Shown here: positions 45,930-55,737 of the stretch, in pieces | How positions within the stretch are numbered: position 1 is the stretch's first letter | Layout: each line of letters opens with the position of its first letter | Source: Clostridia bacterium | GTDB lineage: Bacteria; Bacillota; Clostridia; TANB77; RGIG9151 | DNA: 64,000 nt | Direction: 5' to 3' | NCBI GenBank assembly: GCA_017450465.1 | Contig: JAFSUW010000012.1 | Coordinates: 4,035-68,034 of the forward strand | Translations under genes and position numbers: made by a program | Notes under the pieces: model-generated | Told to the model about the DNA's origin: nothing | The model's input: the letters and a program-made list of their open reading frames with translations, nothing else | Databases searched by the model: none

Positions 45930-47882
45930 GTGATGTATATGTATTTTACTAAAGAAGAAATTGCAAATTTTGATGGAGGAGCTAAAAAAGAGTGGTTACT
46001 TACCAATGGCATTGGCAGTTTTGCTGCGGGTTCACTAAATGGGAGTAACACAAGGCGTTATCATGGGTTACTTGTTTCATCAAATAGGCCACCTGTTGAT
46101 AGGCATGTGATTGTTTCAGGAATTCTTGAAAAAATAAAAATAGATGATAACATTTATTCACTTGCAACTTTTGAATGTAATAATGGTTATAGCGAAAATA
46201 GTTTTACATATTTACAGGGCTTTCAAAATAACTTTTTGCCAACGTGGCATTATAAAGTAGAAGGCATAAACTTAACAAAGCAAATTTTTATGATTTATGG
46301 AAAAAATACGACGGTTGCAAAATATATAATAAAAAATGGTGATAAAAAGGCAGAACTTAACCTTTTACCACTAATAAATTACAGAGACTATCATGGTGAA
46401 CGTCTAGATTTTTCATCGTTTAGTTTAAGCGAGAGTAAAGATAATGTTGAAATAAAGTTTGACCAAAGTATAGATGAAACGTTAAAAATAGTTTATGGTA
46501 AAGAGCTTAAATATAACAAAGAAATAACTAATTTCTATAATATGTATTATAGAAAAGAGTCTGAACGTGGCTTAAATTCGGTTGAAAACCATTATATGCC
46601 AGGTAGTTTTGTTGTGAAATTAAAGGCAAAAGAAGAAAAAGTTATAAATTTAATTTTTACAACAGAAAAAGATATTGAAATAGATTTAGAAAAGGAATAC
46701 TTAAAGGCGGTGTCGCGAAATGCAGAGTTGATAAACAAGGCAGGATACAAAGATTCTTTTGTAAATGCTTTGGTAAAGGCAGCGGATGCCTTTATTGTAT
46801 CGCGTAAATCAACTAATGGCAAAACAATACTTGCGGGTTACCCATGGTTTACAGATTGGGGACGTGATACATTAATATCACTTACAGGTCTTACAATTGC
46901 TACCAAAAGGTATGCTGATGCAAAGAGTATATTAAAAACATTTATGAAATATATAAAAGATGGAATGTTGCCAAATGTGTTTCCAGACTTTTCTGAAGAC
47001 CCTGGCTACAACACAGTTGATGCACCTCTTTGGTTTTTTGAAGCAGTGTATAACTATGTAAAGGCAGCAAATGATGAAAAGTTTTTGAATGAAGCATATG
47101 AAAAATTACTTGAAGTATATAACAGGTTTAGCATAAGTAAAGAAGAATTAAATGGTCGCGAAGTAATATATAAAGACACAGATGAGTTAATTTATGCTGG
47201 TACCGAAAAGACACAGCTTACTTGGATGGATGCTAAGGTTGGCGATTATGTAGTAACTCCAAGGTTTGGCAAGGCGGTTGAAATAAATGCTCTTTGGTAT
47301 AACGCAAACATGATAATGGCAGAACTTTCTAAGAAAATGGGTAAACGTGATATTTATACATCGAAAGCGAAGAAGATAAAAGAAAGTTTTATAAAAACGT
47401 TTTGGTTTGACAAAATGGGTTATCTATATGATGTTGTTAATGAACATGGTAAAGATGCAAGTTTAAGGCCAAATCAAATTTTTGCAATAGCACTTAACTT
47501 TTCGGTTATAGATGGCGATATGGCAAGATCCATATTCGATACTGTCGCACGTGAACTATATACACCAGTAGGGCTTAGAAGTTTATCGCCACACGACGAC
47601 CGATATCGTGGAATTTATATAGGCGATATTTGGAATAGAGATACTGCTTATCACCAAGGTACAGTTTGGACATGGCCATTAGGCGCTTTTATAACGGCAG
47701 GTAGGAAATTAAAAGACACAAAATATACAGTAGAATATATAGTTGAAAACTTAAAATATACATTACAAGAAGAAACACTAGGACAAATAAATGAAATATT
47801 TGATGGAGATGCACCTTTTTATCCACGTGGTTGTTTTGCACAAGCGTGGAGTGTAGCAGAAGTTTTAAGATCAATATTGTAA
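45930..47882 (+). CDS. Glycogen debranching enzyme, archaeal/bacterial GDE type (amylo-alpha-1,6-glucosidase)
   Basis: 'NTRRYHGLL', 'GYPWFTDWGRDT' and 'CFAQAWSVAE' motifs. Confidence 0.8.
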   Translation: MMYMYFTKEEIANFDGGAKKEWLLTNGIGSFAAGSLNGSNTRRYHGLLVSSNRPPVDRHVIVSGILEKIKIDDNIYSLATFECNNGYSENSFTYLQGFQNNFLPTWHYKVEGINLTKQIFMIYGKNTTVAKYIIKNGDKKAELNLLPLINYRDYHGERLDFSSFSLSESKDNVEIKFDQSIDETLKIVYGKELKYNKEITNFYNMYYRKESERGLNSVENHYMPGSFVVKLKAKEEKVINLIFTTEKDIEIDLEKEYLKAVSRNAELINKAGYKDSFVNALVKAADAFIVSRKSTNGKTILAGYPWFTDWGRDTLISLTGLTIATKRYADAKSILKTFMKYIKDGMLPNVFPDFSEDPGYNTVDAPLWFFEAVYNYVKAANDEKFLNEAYEKLLEVYNRFSISKEELNGREVIYKDTDELIYAGTEKTQLTWMDAKVGDYVVTPRFGKAVEINALWYNANMIMAELSKKMGKRDIYTSKAKKIKESFIKTFWFDKMGYLYDVVNEHGKDASLRPNQIFAIALNFSVIDGDMARSIFDTVARELYTPVGLRSLSPHDDRYRGIYIGDIWNRDTAYHQGTVWTWPLGAFITAGRKLKDTKYTVEYIVENLKYTLQEETLGQINEIFDGDAPFYPRGCFAQAWSVAEVLRSIL

Positions 47883-47912
47883 TGGTTGTTTTTTAGGAAA
47901 TTAGTGATAGCA

Positions 47913-47942
47913 AATGTAGGGGCGGGTGTCCTCGCCCGCCCT
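47913..47942 (+). repeat. TGTAG + G-rich hairpin element
   Basis: aatgtAGGGGCGGGtgtcctcgCCCGCCCT, 20 bp upstream of the ruvC start. Confidence 0.5.
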
Positions 47943-47961
47943 ATATAAAGGAGAAACATTT

Positions 47962-48441
47962 ATGATAATATTTGGCATTGATCCTGGTTATGGAATAATA
48001 GGATATGGAGTAATAGAAAAACTAGGTAATAAATATAATGTATTAGATTATGGCGTCGTTACAACTCCTGCTAAAACAGATTTAAGTATACGACTTAATA
48101 TGATGTATGATGAAATAGATGCAAAAATAAAACAATATAACCCTGATTGTATTGCAATAGAGGAGCTGTTTTTCAACAAGAACATTACAACGGCAATAGC
48201 AGTAGCACAAGCAAGAGGGGCTTTAGTTTTATGTGCAACAAAGGCAAATAAAAAGATATATGAATATACACCACTTCAAATAAAACAAGCAATAACTGGC
48301 TATGGTAGAGCAGATAAGGGTCAAATGCAAAGAATGGTTCAGATATTACTTAACTTAACTTCAATTCCAAAACCAGATGATGCTGCAGATGCGCTTGCTG
48401 CAGCCCTTTGCTGTGGCAACTCAGAACGTTTTAGTTCGTAA
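47962..48441 (+). CDS. ruvC: Holliday junction resolvase RuvC. Start moved to 'MIIFGIDPG'.
   Basis: 'GIDPGYG..GYGV', 'IEELFF' and 'DAADALA' catalytic motifs. Confidence 0.9.
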   Translation: MIIFGIDPGYGIIGYGVIEKLGNKYNVLDYGVVTTPAKTDLSIRLNMMYDEIDAKIKQYNPDCIAIEELFFNKNITTAIAVAQARGALVLCATKANKKIYEYTPLQIKQAITGYGRADKGQMQRMVQILLNLTSIPKPDDAADALAAALCCGNSERFSS

Positions 48442-48524
48442 ATTTTACAAAAGACTGGTTTTGTGATAAAATATAAAACTGTAGGGCAAATTTTGCTCAT
48501 ACTAAAACATTTTAGGAGGTAATT

Positions 48525-49862
48525 ATGGGTAGATTATTTGGGACAGACGGAGTAAGAGGAGTAGCAAACGAAGAATTAACTACAGATTTAGCATATAAAA
48601 TAGGTAGAGCAGGAGCATATGTTTTAGCCGGAGAATTAAAACACAAACCAACAATAATCATCGGAAAAGACACAAGAATATCTGGAGATATGTTAGAAGC
48701 AAGCTTAATATCTGGTATTTGCTCAGTTGGAGCTGATGCTATTCGTGCTGGAGTAATTCCAACACCAGGTATAGCATATCTTACAAGATTATATAACTGT
48801 GATGCAGGTGTTGTAATATCTGCTTCACACAATTCATTTGAATTCAATGGAATTAAGTTTTTTAATAATAATGGCTATAAATTACCTGATGAAGTTGAAA
48901 ACGAAATAGAAGCAATAATTTTTGGTGAAAAAGAAGAACCAAAAGCTGCAACACCTGAAAATATAGGTCATTGCATTGAAAAAGAAAACTGTTTAAATGA
49001 TTATGCTAAATATTTAATTAGTATTGGAACACCACAAAATGGCAGAAAAATAGCAATAGACTGTGCAAATGGTGCATCACATGAGATAGCAGAAATGGTA
49101 TTTAAAGGTCTTGGAGCAGAAGTTTTATCTATTGGAACTACTCCTGACGGAATTAATATAAATAAAGATTGTGGTTCTACACATATTGAAAATTTAAAGA
49201 AATTTGTAAAAGAACAAAAAGCAGATGTTGGTTTTGCTTTTGATGGTGATGCCGACAGAATGCTTGCAGTAGACGAAAATGGCGAATTTGTTGATGGCGA
49301 TAAAGTCCTCATTATTTGTGGTAAGCATTTGAAAGATAATGGTAAGTTGAAGAATAATGCTATAGTTGGAACAGTAATGAGTAATATGGGCTTCGAAATA
49401 GCAGGAAAAGAAAATAATATCGATATTATAAGAACTAAAGTTGGGGATAGATATGTATTAGAAGAAATGTTAAAGAGTGGTTATGTGATTGGTGGAGAAC
49501 AATCAGGTCACGTAATATTCTTAGAACATAATACAACAGGAGATGGAATTTTAACAGCAATAAATGTATTAAATGTAATGAATGAAACTGGAAAGAGTTT
49601 ATCTACACTTGCGAAGGTTATGGTTTCATATCCTCAAGTAACAGTAAATGCTAAAGTTACACCAAAGCGTAAACAAAATTATATGGAAGACCCAAAAGTT
49701 AAAGAAATTATTGAAGCAACTGAAAAACTATTTGAAGGTCAGGGAAGAGTTTTAATAAGACCTTCTGGTACAGAGCCATTAATTCGTGTAATGATAGAAG
49801 GAAAAGACCAAAAATTCATTGAAGAAAAGGCAACTGAAATTGCTAAAGTAATTGAAGGTTAA
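48525..49862 (+). CDS. glmM: Phosphoglucosamine mutase
   Basis: 'LFGTDGVRG', phosphoserine loop 'ISASHN', 'DGDADR', 'GGEQSGH'. Confidence 0.95.
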   Translation: MGRLFGTDGVRGVANEELTTDLAYKIGRAGAYVLAGELKHKPTIIIGKDTRISGDMLEASLISGICSVGADAIRAGVIPTPGIAYLTRLYNCDAGVVISASHNSFEFNGIKFFNNNGYKLPDEVENEIEAIIFGEKEEPKAATPENIGHCIEKENCLNDYAKYLISIGTPQNGRKIAIDCANGASHEIAEMVFKGLGAEVLSIGTTPDGININKDCGSTHIENLKKFVKEQKADVGFAFDGDADRMLAVDENGEFVDGDKVLIICGKHLKDNGKLKNNAIVGTVMSNMGFEIAGKENNIDIIRTKVGDRYVLEEMLKSGYVIGGEQSGHVIFLEHNTTGDGILTAINVLNVMNETGKSLSTLAKVMVSYPQVTVNAKVTPKRKQNYMEDPKVKEIIEATEKLFEGQGRVLIRPSGTEPLIRVMIEGKDQKFIEEKATEIAKVIEG

Positions 49863-49874
49863 TTATGAAAATAA

Positions 49875-49899
49875 AATGTGGGGCGAACTTTGTTCGCCC
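49875..49899 (+). repeat. TGTAG-like + G-rich hairpin element
   Basis: aatgtgGGGCGAACtttGTTCGCCC. Confidence 0.5.
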
Positions 49900-49944
49900 G
49901 TTTTAATATAATGTAAAGGGGGTGGTTCTATGATTTACTATGCT

Positions 49945-50080
49945 TTCTAGCGCCAGAACCGTTTACGGTTGACGAGGTAAGGGCTTATCGAAATTATCGG
50001 CGGGTGGCCCTTCGGCTAAGTTTTAGTCGTAAGTGTTTCTACAAAACCTTTCGGTAACGAAAGAAACAAAAGGGGACACA
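49945..50080 (+). ncRNA. glmS ribozyme: glmS ribozyme (GlcN6P-dependent self-cleaving riboswitch)
   Basis: Core blocks AGCGCCAGAAC, GACGAGG, AUCGAAAUUAUCGGCGG and a P3/P4 region, directly upstream of glmS. Confidence 0.85.
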
Positions 50081-50105
50081 AAATAAACATATAGGAGGGC
50101 AGACA

Positions 50106-51932
50106 ATGTGCGGAATAGTTGGATATATAGGTAGTAATGATGCACTACCAGTTTTAATAAATGGTTTAAGAAAATTAGAATATCGTGGTTATGATTCGGC
50201 AGGAATCGCAACAATAATGAATAACGAATTAAATATAGTAAAAACAAAAGGGAGATTAAGTGATTTAGAAGAAAAATTAAATGGTATGAATTTAGGGAAA
50301 AGCACGATAGGTATAGGACATACAAGATGGGCAACACATGGTGCACCATCAGACTTAAATTCGCATCCACATACTAACATGAGTAAAACAATAGCGGTAG
50401 TTCATAATGGCATAATTGAAAATTACATAGAATTAAAAGAGGAGCTACAAAATAAAGGTTATAAATTTGCTTCTGAAACAGATACAGAAGTAATAGCACA
50501 TCTTGCAGATATGTACTATAATGGCGATTTGATAGATACATTGATTAAAGTAATATCACGCTTAAAAGGTTCATATGCAATTGGTATGATAAGTAATGAG
50601 CATCCTGAAGATTTTGTTGCAGTAAGAAAAGATAGTCCGTTAATAGTAGGACTTGGTACGGGTGAAAACTTTATAGCGTCGGATATTCCAGCAATTTTAG
50701 AGCACACTAGAAAAATTTATTTGCTAGAAGATAACGAGATTGTGCATTTAACAAAAAGTGGAGTTACCATTTGCGACATAAATAAAAATAAAATTACTAA
50801 AGAAATTTTTAATGTAGAGTGGGATGTAGAAGCAGCAGAAAAAGGCGGATACGAGCATTTTATGTTGAAAGAAATGAATGAGCAACCAAAAGTTGTTCAT
50901 GACACAATTGCACAAAGAATAATTAATGGTAAGATAAACTTTGAAAACTTTAGTGTAAACCGTGATACAATAAAGGATATTAATAAAATCTTTATTGTGG
51001 CATGTGGTTCAGCTTATCATGCTGGAATGGTTGGGAAGTATTTAATAGAGCATCTAGCAGAAATACCTGTTGAAGTGGATATAGCGTCAGAATTTAGGTA
51101 TAGAAACCCTATAGTTGATGAAAAAACGCTTATCATAATAATAAGTCAGTCGGGTGAAACTGCAGATACTTTAGCAGCATTACGTGAAGCAAAGAAGAGA
51201 AACGGAAAGATACTTGCTATTGTAAATGTTGTAGGAAGCTCAATTGCTCGTGAAGCGGATGATGTAATATATACTTGGGCAGGGCCAGAAATTGCAGTTG
51301 CTTCAACAAAAGCATATACAACACAGCTATCTATAATGTATTTGCTATCAACGTATTTTGCAGAATTAAAAGGCAAAATAACTACTAATGAAGCAAAGAA
51401 ATTAGTTGATGAATTATTAGACATTCCAGAAAAATTAAAAAGCGTAATGTCAAGAGCTAGTGAAATAAAAGAACTTGGTTCAAAGTACTATAAAGAACGC
51501 GATATATTCTTCTTGGGGCGTGGGCTTGATTATATGGTAGCGATGGAGGGTTCTCTTAAGTTAAAAGAAATATCATATATACATTCAGAGGCCTATGCAG
51601 CAGGTGAATTAAAACATGGCACGATAGCACTAATAGAGCAGGGGACAGTGGTATTTGCATTGGCAACACAAGAGGCACTATTTGAAAAGATGCTTAGCAA
51701 TATAAAAGAAGTAAAGGCAAGAGGAGCTTCTATTATTGCAATAGCACAAGAAGGCAATGAACAGTTAAAAGATATAGCTGACCATGTATTTTATATACCA
51801 AAGATAGAGGATAAATTGGCATCTATTTTAACAGTAGTACCACTTCAAATGTTTGCTTATTACTGCGCTACAATAAAGGGTTGCGATGTAGATAAACCAA
51901 GAAACCTTGCAAAATCTGTAACAGTAGAATAA
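50106..51932 (+). CDS. glmS: Glutamine--fructose-6-phosphate aminotransferase
   Basis: 'MCGIVGY' N-terminal nucleophile, two SIS domains, C-terminal 'PRNLAKSVTVE'. Confidence 0.95.
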   Translation: MCGIVGYIGSNDALPVLINGLRKLEYRGYDSAGIATIMNNELNIVKTKGRLSDLEEKLNGMNLGKSTIGIGHTRWATHGAPSDLNSHPHTNMSKTIAVVHNGIIENYIELKEELQNKGYKFASETDTEVIAHLADMYYNGDLIDTLIKVISRLKGSYAIGMISNEHPEDFVAVRKDSPLIVGLGTGENFIASDIPAILEHTRKIYLLEDNEIVHLTKSGVTICDINKNKITKEIFNVEWDVEAAEKGGYEHFMLKEMNEQPKVVHDTIAQRIINGKINFENFSVNRDTIKDINKIFIVACGSAYHAGMVGKYLIEHLAEIPVEVDIASEFRYRNPIVDEKTLIIIISQSGETADTLAALREAKKRNGKILAIVNVVGSSIAREADDVIYTWAGPEIAVASTKAYTTQLSIMYLLSTYFAELKGKITTNEAKKLVDELLDIPEKLKSVMSRASEIKELGSKYYKERDIFFLGRGLDYMVAMEGSLKLKEISYIHSEAYAAGELKHGTIALIEQGTVVFALATQEALFEKMLSNIKEVKARGASIIAIAQEGNEQLKDIADHVFYIPKIEDKLASILTVVPLQMFAYYCATIKGCDVDKPRNLAKSVTVE

Positions 51933-51950
51933 AACAAATGAATAATGAAT

Positions 51951-51975
51951 AATGTAGGGGCGAACTTTGTTCGCC
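51951..51975 (+). repeat. TGTAG + G-rich hairpin element
   Basis: aatgtagGGGCGAACtttGTTCGCC, near-identical to the copy at 49875. Confidence 0.5.
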
Positions 51976-51997
51976 TGTTACATATTTAGGAGGAATT

Positions 51998-52732
51998 ATG
52001 GAAGTATACGGTGAAAATTTAAAATACATAAAATTTAACTTGCTAAAAAAATATGAAGCAAAAATTGTGGCAGGTATAACTTTGCGTGAAACAGACTTTA
52101 TACACGTAAACCCATCATCAGAAACATTTATAGACGCACGAAAAAGTATTTGTGACGAGTTCAATATAGAAGATAGTAGTTTATACTTCTTAAACCAAGT
52201 ACATGGAAAAACGCTAAAAATAGTTGAAGAAGATACATCAAATAAAATAGAAGATTATGATGGTTTAATCACAAATTGTTCAAATAAAATGCTACTTACG
52301 TGTTATGCAGACTGCGTTCCGATAATATTGTATGACTACGAGAAAAATATAGTGGCATCCGTTCATTCTGGTTGGAAGGGGACAATAGCCGAAATAGGTA
52401 AAAATGCGGTTTTCACAATGCGTGAAAAGTATGGCTCAAATAAAGAAAATATAATAGCATGTATTGGACCATCTATTGGTGGCTGTTGTTTTGATGTAGG
52501 GCAAGATGTGTGGCAAAAGTTTGCAGATAAGTTCCCGACTAGTGTAGAAGAAAGTAGTGAAAAAGTAGATTTAAAAAAGGCAGTAAAAGAGCAATTATTA
52601 AATGCAGGAATAAAAGAAGAAAATATTGAGGTAAGTAGTATTTGTACAAAATGTAGTAGCGATGATTTTTATTCCTATAGAGCAGGGGATAAAGATAAAG
52701 GACGATTTGTAGCATTTATAATGATAAAATAA
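51998..52732 (+). CDS. pgeF: YfiH/PgeF (DUF152) family purine nucleoside phosphorylase / peptidoglycan editing factor
   Basis: 'CYADCVPI', 'HSGWKGT', 'GPSIGGCCF', 'FYSYR'. Confidence 0.8.
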   Translation: MEVYGENLKYIKFNLLKKYEAKIVAGITLRETDFIHVNPSSETFIDARKSICDEFNIEDSSLYFLNQVHGKTLKIVEEDTSNKIEDYDGLITNCSNKMLLTCYADCVPIILYDYEKNIVASVHSGWKGTIAEIGKNAVFTMREKYGSNKENIIACIGPSIGGCCFDVGQDVWQKFADKFPTSVEESSEKVDLKKAVKEQLLNAGIKEENIEVSSICTKCSSDDFYSYRAGDKDKGRFVAFIMIK

Positions 52733-52733
52733 T

Positions 52734-52763
52734 AAAAAACCGAACTATTCGTTCGGTTTTTTT
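52734..52763. terminator. Bidirectional terminator between pgeF and pgsA
   Basis: A-run, accgaac-tattc-gttcggt, T-run. Overlaps the pgsA stop. Confidence 0.65.
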
Positions 52764-53278
52764 ATTTCTTTTAAATAATTTAATATATACATAACTAATG
52801 AGAACATACCTATAATAAGTGCAAAGCACATTAGTATTAGTGGATAATTAGGTGGAATACTATCAACAAGTTTACTTAGAGTTGCTACAATTATCGCTAA
52901 GAAGAAAATACAAGTAGATAGCTTCCCAAACCATTTTGCAGATATATAGATGTCTTTTTTAATAAGTTTAATGCATCCAATACCGAGTAAAAATTCTTTT
53001 GCTAAGAATACTATAACAATCCATGCAGGAATTACTTTTATATAGCATAAGCAAAGTAGAGCTATATATTGAAGTAATTTGTCTGCAACGGGGTCTAAGA
53101 TTTTACCAAGATCCGTTATCATATTAAATTTTCTTGCAATAAAACCGTCTATTACATCTGTAATACTTGCAATTACATAGGTAATAAGTGCAAGTAAAAT
53201 ATGGTTAGTCATAAAGAATGCAGCCATAACAGGTATAAGCATTAAACGAATAATTGTTAAGATATTTGGAATATTCAC
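52745..53278 (-). CDS. pgsA: CDP-diacylglycerol--glycerol-3-phosphate 3-phosphatidyltransferase
   Basis: 'NILTIIR' and the CDP-alcohol motif 'DGFIARK....T.LGK.LDPVADK'. Confidence 0.85.
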   Translation of the reverse strand: MNIPNILTIIRLMLIPVMAAFFMTNHILLALITYVIASITDVIDGFIARKFNMITDLGKILDPVADKLLQYIALLCLCYIKVIPAWIVIVFLAKEFLLGIGCIKLIKKDIYISAKWFGKLSTCIFFLAIIVATLSKLVDSIPPNYPLILMCFALIIGMFSLVMYILNYLKEIKKPNE

Positions 53279-53300
53279 TTTTATTCTCCTTTGTAAAATA

Positions 53301-55562
53301 TTAATACTTAAATGTAAATTCGTCTTTTTTGTAATCTATACTAATAATCTTATCATTTAATATTTGATTATTCAATATAAATTCTGCAAGTTTATTTTCA
53401 ATATTTTTTTGAATTGCACGTCTTAAAGGTCTTGCACCAAATTTTGGTTGGTAACCGAGTTTTGCAATTTGTTTTTTAGCATTGTCGGTTAACTTAAGTT
53501 CAATATTTTTTAATTTAAGTTCTTTATTTATTTCATTTATCATTAAATCAACAATTTGAAGAATTTCATCTTCAGTAAGCTCATGGAATACTAAAATTTC
53601 GTCGAGTCGATTTAAGAATTCTGGCTTAAAATATTCTTTTAATGCATCTTTTACACGCTCATCGTTTTCGGTTACTGTTTGGTTAAATCCCAGAGTGTGA
53701 ATAGAACCAGTACCGGCATTTGATGTTAAAATTATAATAGTATTTTCGAAGTTTACGGTTTTGCCTTGAGAGTCGGTAAGACGTCCTTCGTCTAGAATTT
53801 GTAATAAAAGATTAAAAACATCTCCATGTGCTTTTTCAATTTCATCAAGCAAAATTATGCTATAAGGGTGTCGACGTACTTTTTCAGTAAGTTGACCTGC
53901 TTCATCATAGCCAACGTATCCTGGAGGTGCACCGATAAGTTTAGATACCGAATGCTTTTCCATGAATTCAGACATATCTAACCGAATTATAGATTCTTCG
54001 TTATCGAATAATTCACAAGCAAGTGCTTTTACAAGCTCTGTTTTACCAACACCAGTAGGACCAACAAAAATAAATGAAGGTGGACGCTTTCTGTTACGAA
54101 GCCCTGCACGACTACGACGAATAGCAGAGGCAAGAGTAGTTACTGCATTATCTTGACCGATTACTCTTTTATGAAGTGCGTCTTCAAGATGCAAAAGTTT
54201 ATCTGACTCGGTTTGTTTAATTTTTGTGGCAGGGATGTTTGTCCAAAGTTCGATTACTTTTGCAATATCTTCTACTGTAACGATGGATTTTTCAATTTTA
54301 TTTTCGAGTTCCTTTATTTGAGAAATTAGCGTACATTCCTTTGTTTTTAAGTCTGCAGCTTTTTGATAATCTTCAATAGAATCAGCAGAAACAGCAGATT
54401 CTTTTTCTTCTTGGACAGATTTTAATTGTGCTTTTAATATTTCAAGTTTAACTAAAGCTTTATTATCTAAATTAATCCTTGATGATGCTTCGTCTATTAA
54501 ATCTATAGCTTTATCTGGTAAAAATCTATCTGAAATGTATCTATTAGAAAGACGTATAGTAGCTTCTAAAGTTTCATCAGGGATAGTTACTTGATGGAAA
54601 GTTTCATAGTAGCCCTTTATACCTTTTAAGATTTCAAGAGTTTCTGCTTCAGTTGGTTCTTCAACCATAACAGGCTGGAATCTACGTTCCAGAGCGGAAT
54701 CTTTTTCAATATGCTTTCTATATTCTTTAAGTGTTGCGGCACCAATCACTTGGATTTCACCACGAGATAGAGCTGGCTTTAGTATATTTGCCGCATTCAT
54801 AGCACCTTCAGCATCTCCAGCACCAGTAATCATGTGAAGCTCATCGATGACCAAAATTATATTTCCTGCAGTTTTGGCTTCTTCGAGTATACTACGCATA
54901 CGAGATTCAAATTGACCTCTAAACTGAGTGCCAGCAACAACTGCGGTAATATCTAATTGGTAAACTTCATGGTTAAATAGTTTTGGTGGAACTTTCTTTT
55001 CGACAATTTTAGTAGCAAGTCCTTCAGCAATAGCAGTTTTACCAACGCCTGGTTCACCAATTAAAACAGGATTATTTTTGGTACGACGATTTAAAATTTG
55101 TATAGTACGCTCAATTTCTTTTTCGCGTCCAACAATTTTATCTAGTTTATTGTTCCTTGCCATATCCGTTAAGTTAATGCCATAGGTATCTAGCATTTTT
55201 TTCTTTTTATTTTTCTTTTCTTGAGTTTTAACGGTAGTTACTTTGCCACCATCTTGTGAATCACCATTTTCTGCTGTACCCATGCCAAACAGTTTATTAA
55301 AAGCACTGAATAAAGACTTTTCGTCAGCGATATCTGATGAACTATCTTCATCGCCTAAAGACTGCATTAAATCCTCAAGTTCGTTAGAGAAAGATTCAAA
55401 TTCTTCTTCAGACATGCCACTAGGCAATATCATATTATCAATAGGGGAGATGCCACGCTTTTTAGCGCAGGCAATACATAACCCTTCTGTAGACTGTTTA
55501 CCATTTTCAATTTTAGTTACAAAAATAACCGCTAAATTTTTATTACAATCTGAACATAACAT
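53301..55562 (-). CDS. clpE: ClpE-type AAA+ Clp ATPase with an N-terminal zinc ribbon
   Basis: 'CSDCNK...(22 aa)...CIACAKK' zinc-finger spacing and two AAA+ modules. Lacks the Clp_N repeat. Confidence 0.75.
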   Translation of the reverse strand: MLCSDCNKNLAVIFVTKIENGKQSTEGLCIACAKKRGISPIDNMILPSGMSEEEFESFSNELEDLMQSLGDEDSSSDIADEKSLFSAFNKLFGMGTAENGDSQDGGKVTTVKTQEKKNKKKKMLDTYGINLTDMARNNKLDKIVGREKEIERTIQILNRRTKNNPVLIGEPGVGKTAIAEGLATKIVEKKVPPKLFNHEVYQLDITAVVAGTQFRGQFESRMRSILEEAKTAGNIILVIDELHMITGAGDAEGAMNAANILKPALSRGEIQVIGAATLKEYRKHIEKDSALERRFQPVMVEEPTEAETLEILKGIKGYYETFHQVTIPDETLEATIRLSNRYISDRFLPDKAIDLIDEASSRINLDNKALVKLEILKAQLKSVQEEKESAVSADSIEDYQKAADLKTKECTLISQIKELENKIEKSIVTVEDIAKVIELWTNIPATKIKQTESDKLLHLEDALHKRVIGQDNAVTTLASAIRRSRAGLRNRKRPPSFIFVGPTGVGKTELVKALACELFDNEESIIRLDMSEFMEKHSVSKLIGAPPGYVGYDEAGQLTEKVRRHPYSIILLDEIEKAHGDVFNLLLQILDEGRLTDSQGKTVNFENTIIILTSNAGTGSIHTLGFNQTVTENDERVKDALKEYFKPEFLNRLDEILVFHELTEDEILQIVDLMINEINKELKLKNIELKLTDNAKKQIAKLGYQPKFGARPLRRAIQKNIENKLAEFILNNQILNDKIISIDYKKDEFTFKY

Positions 55563-55662
55563 ATAAATAACTCCTTTTCTGCTACATTATATAACAAATT
55601 TGTGTTATATACAATAATAATGACTTTACAATTTCTTTACAAACAATAATTTGTCACTATAC

Positions 55663-55691
55663 TTGACGAAATAAGGCGAATTTAATATAAT
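55663..55691 (+). promoter_or_regulatory. Sigma-A promoter upstream of cmk
   Basis: TTGACG, 17-nt spacer, TATAAT. Confidence 0.6.
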
Positions 55692-55737
55692 TAAATGCAG
55701 GGATTTAAACTTTACCCCTGAAAGGAATGATATATTT

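Noticed and set aside
47926-47961. N-terminal extensions proposed by the ORF track. Examples: RuvC from 47926, the LysM protein from 30636, patatin from 36266, the amidoligase from 39191, 19401-20141 and 28585.
   Set aside because: In each case an internal ATG, GTG or TTG sits at the right distance behind a strong Shine-Dalgarno sequence. The extension also overlaps a hairpin element, operator or upstream gene. Starts were moved accordingly and flagged as inferred.
49880-49899. GGGGCGAAC-TTT-GTTCGCCC hairpins (also at 51957 and 27204) as LexA/Cheo boxes.
   Set aside because: The GAAC and GTTC arms are separated by 3 nt, not the 4 nt required by the CGAAC-N4-GTTCG consensus. I interpret them as structural hairpin elements. 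Only 30630-41, 30658-69 and, weakly, 31003-18 have correct spacing.
55563-55737. A CtsR operator (tandem GGTCAAA heptads) upstream of clpE, and CIRCE or CtsR sites near clpB.
   Set aside because: I scanned both strands of the clpE upstream region and the short clpB upstream spacer and found no GGTCAAA-NAN-GGTCAAA or CIRCE-like inverted repeat. No claim is made.
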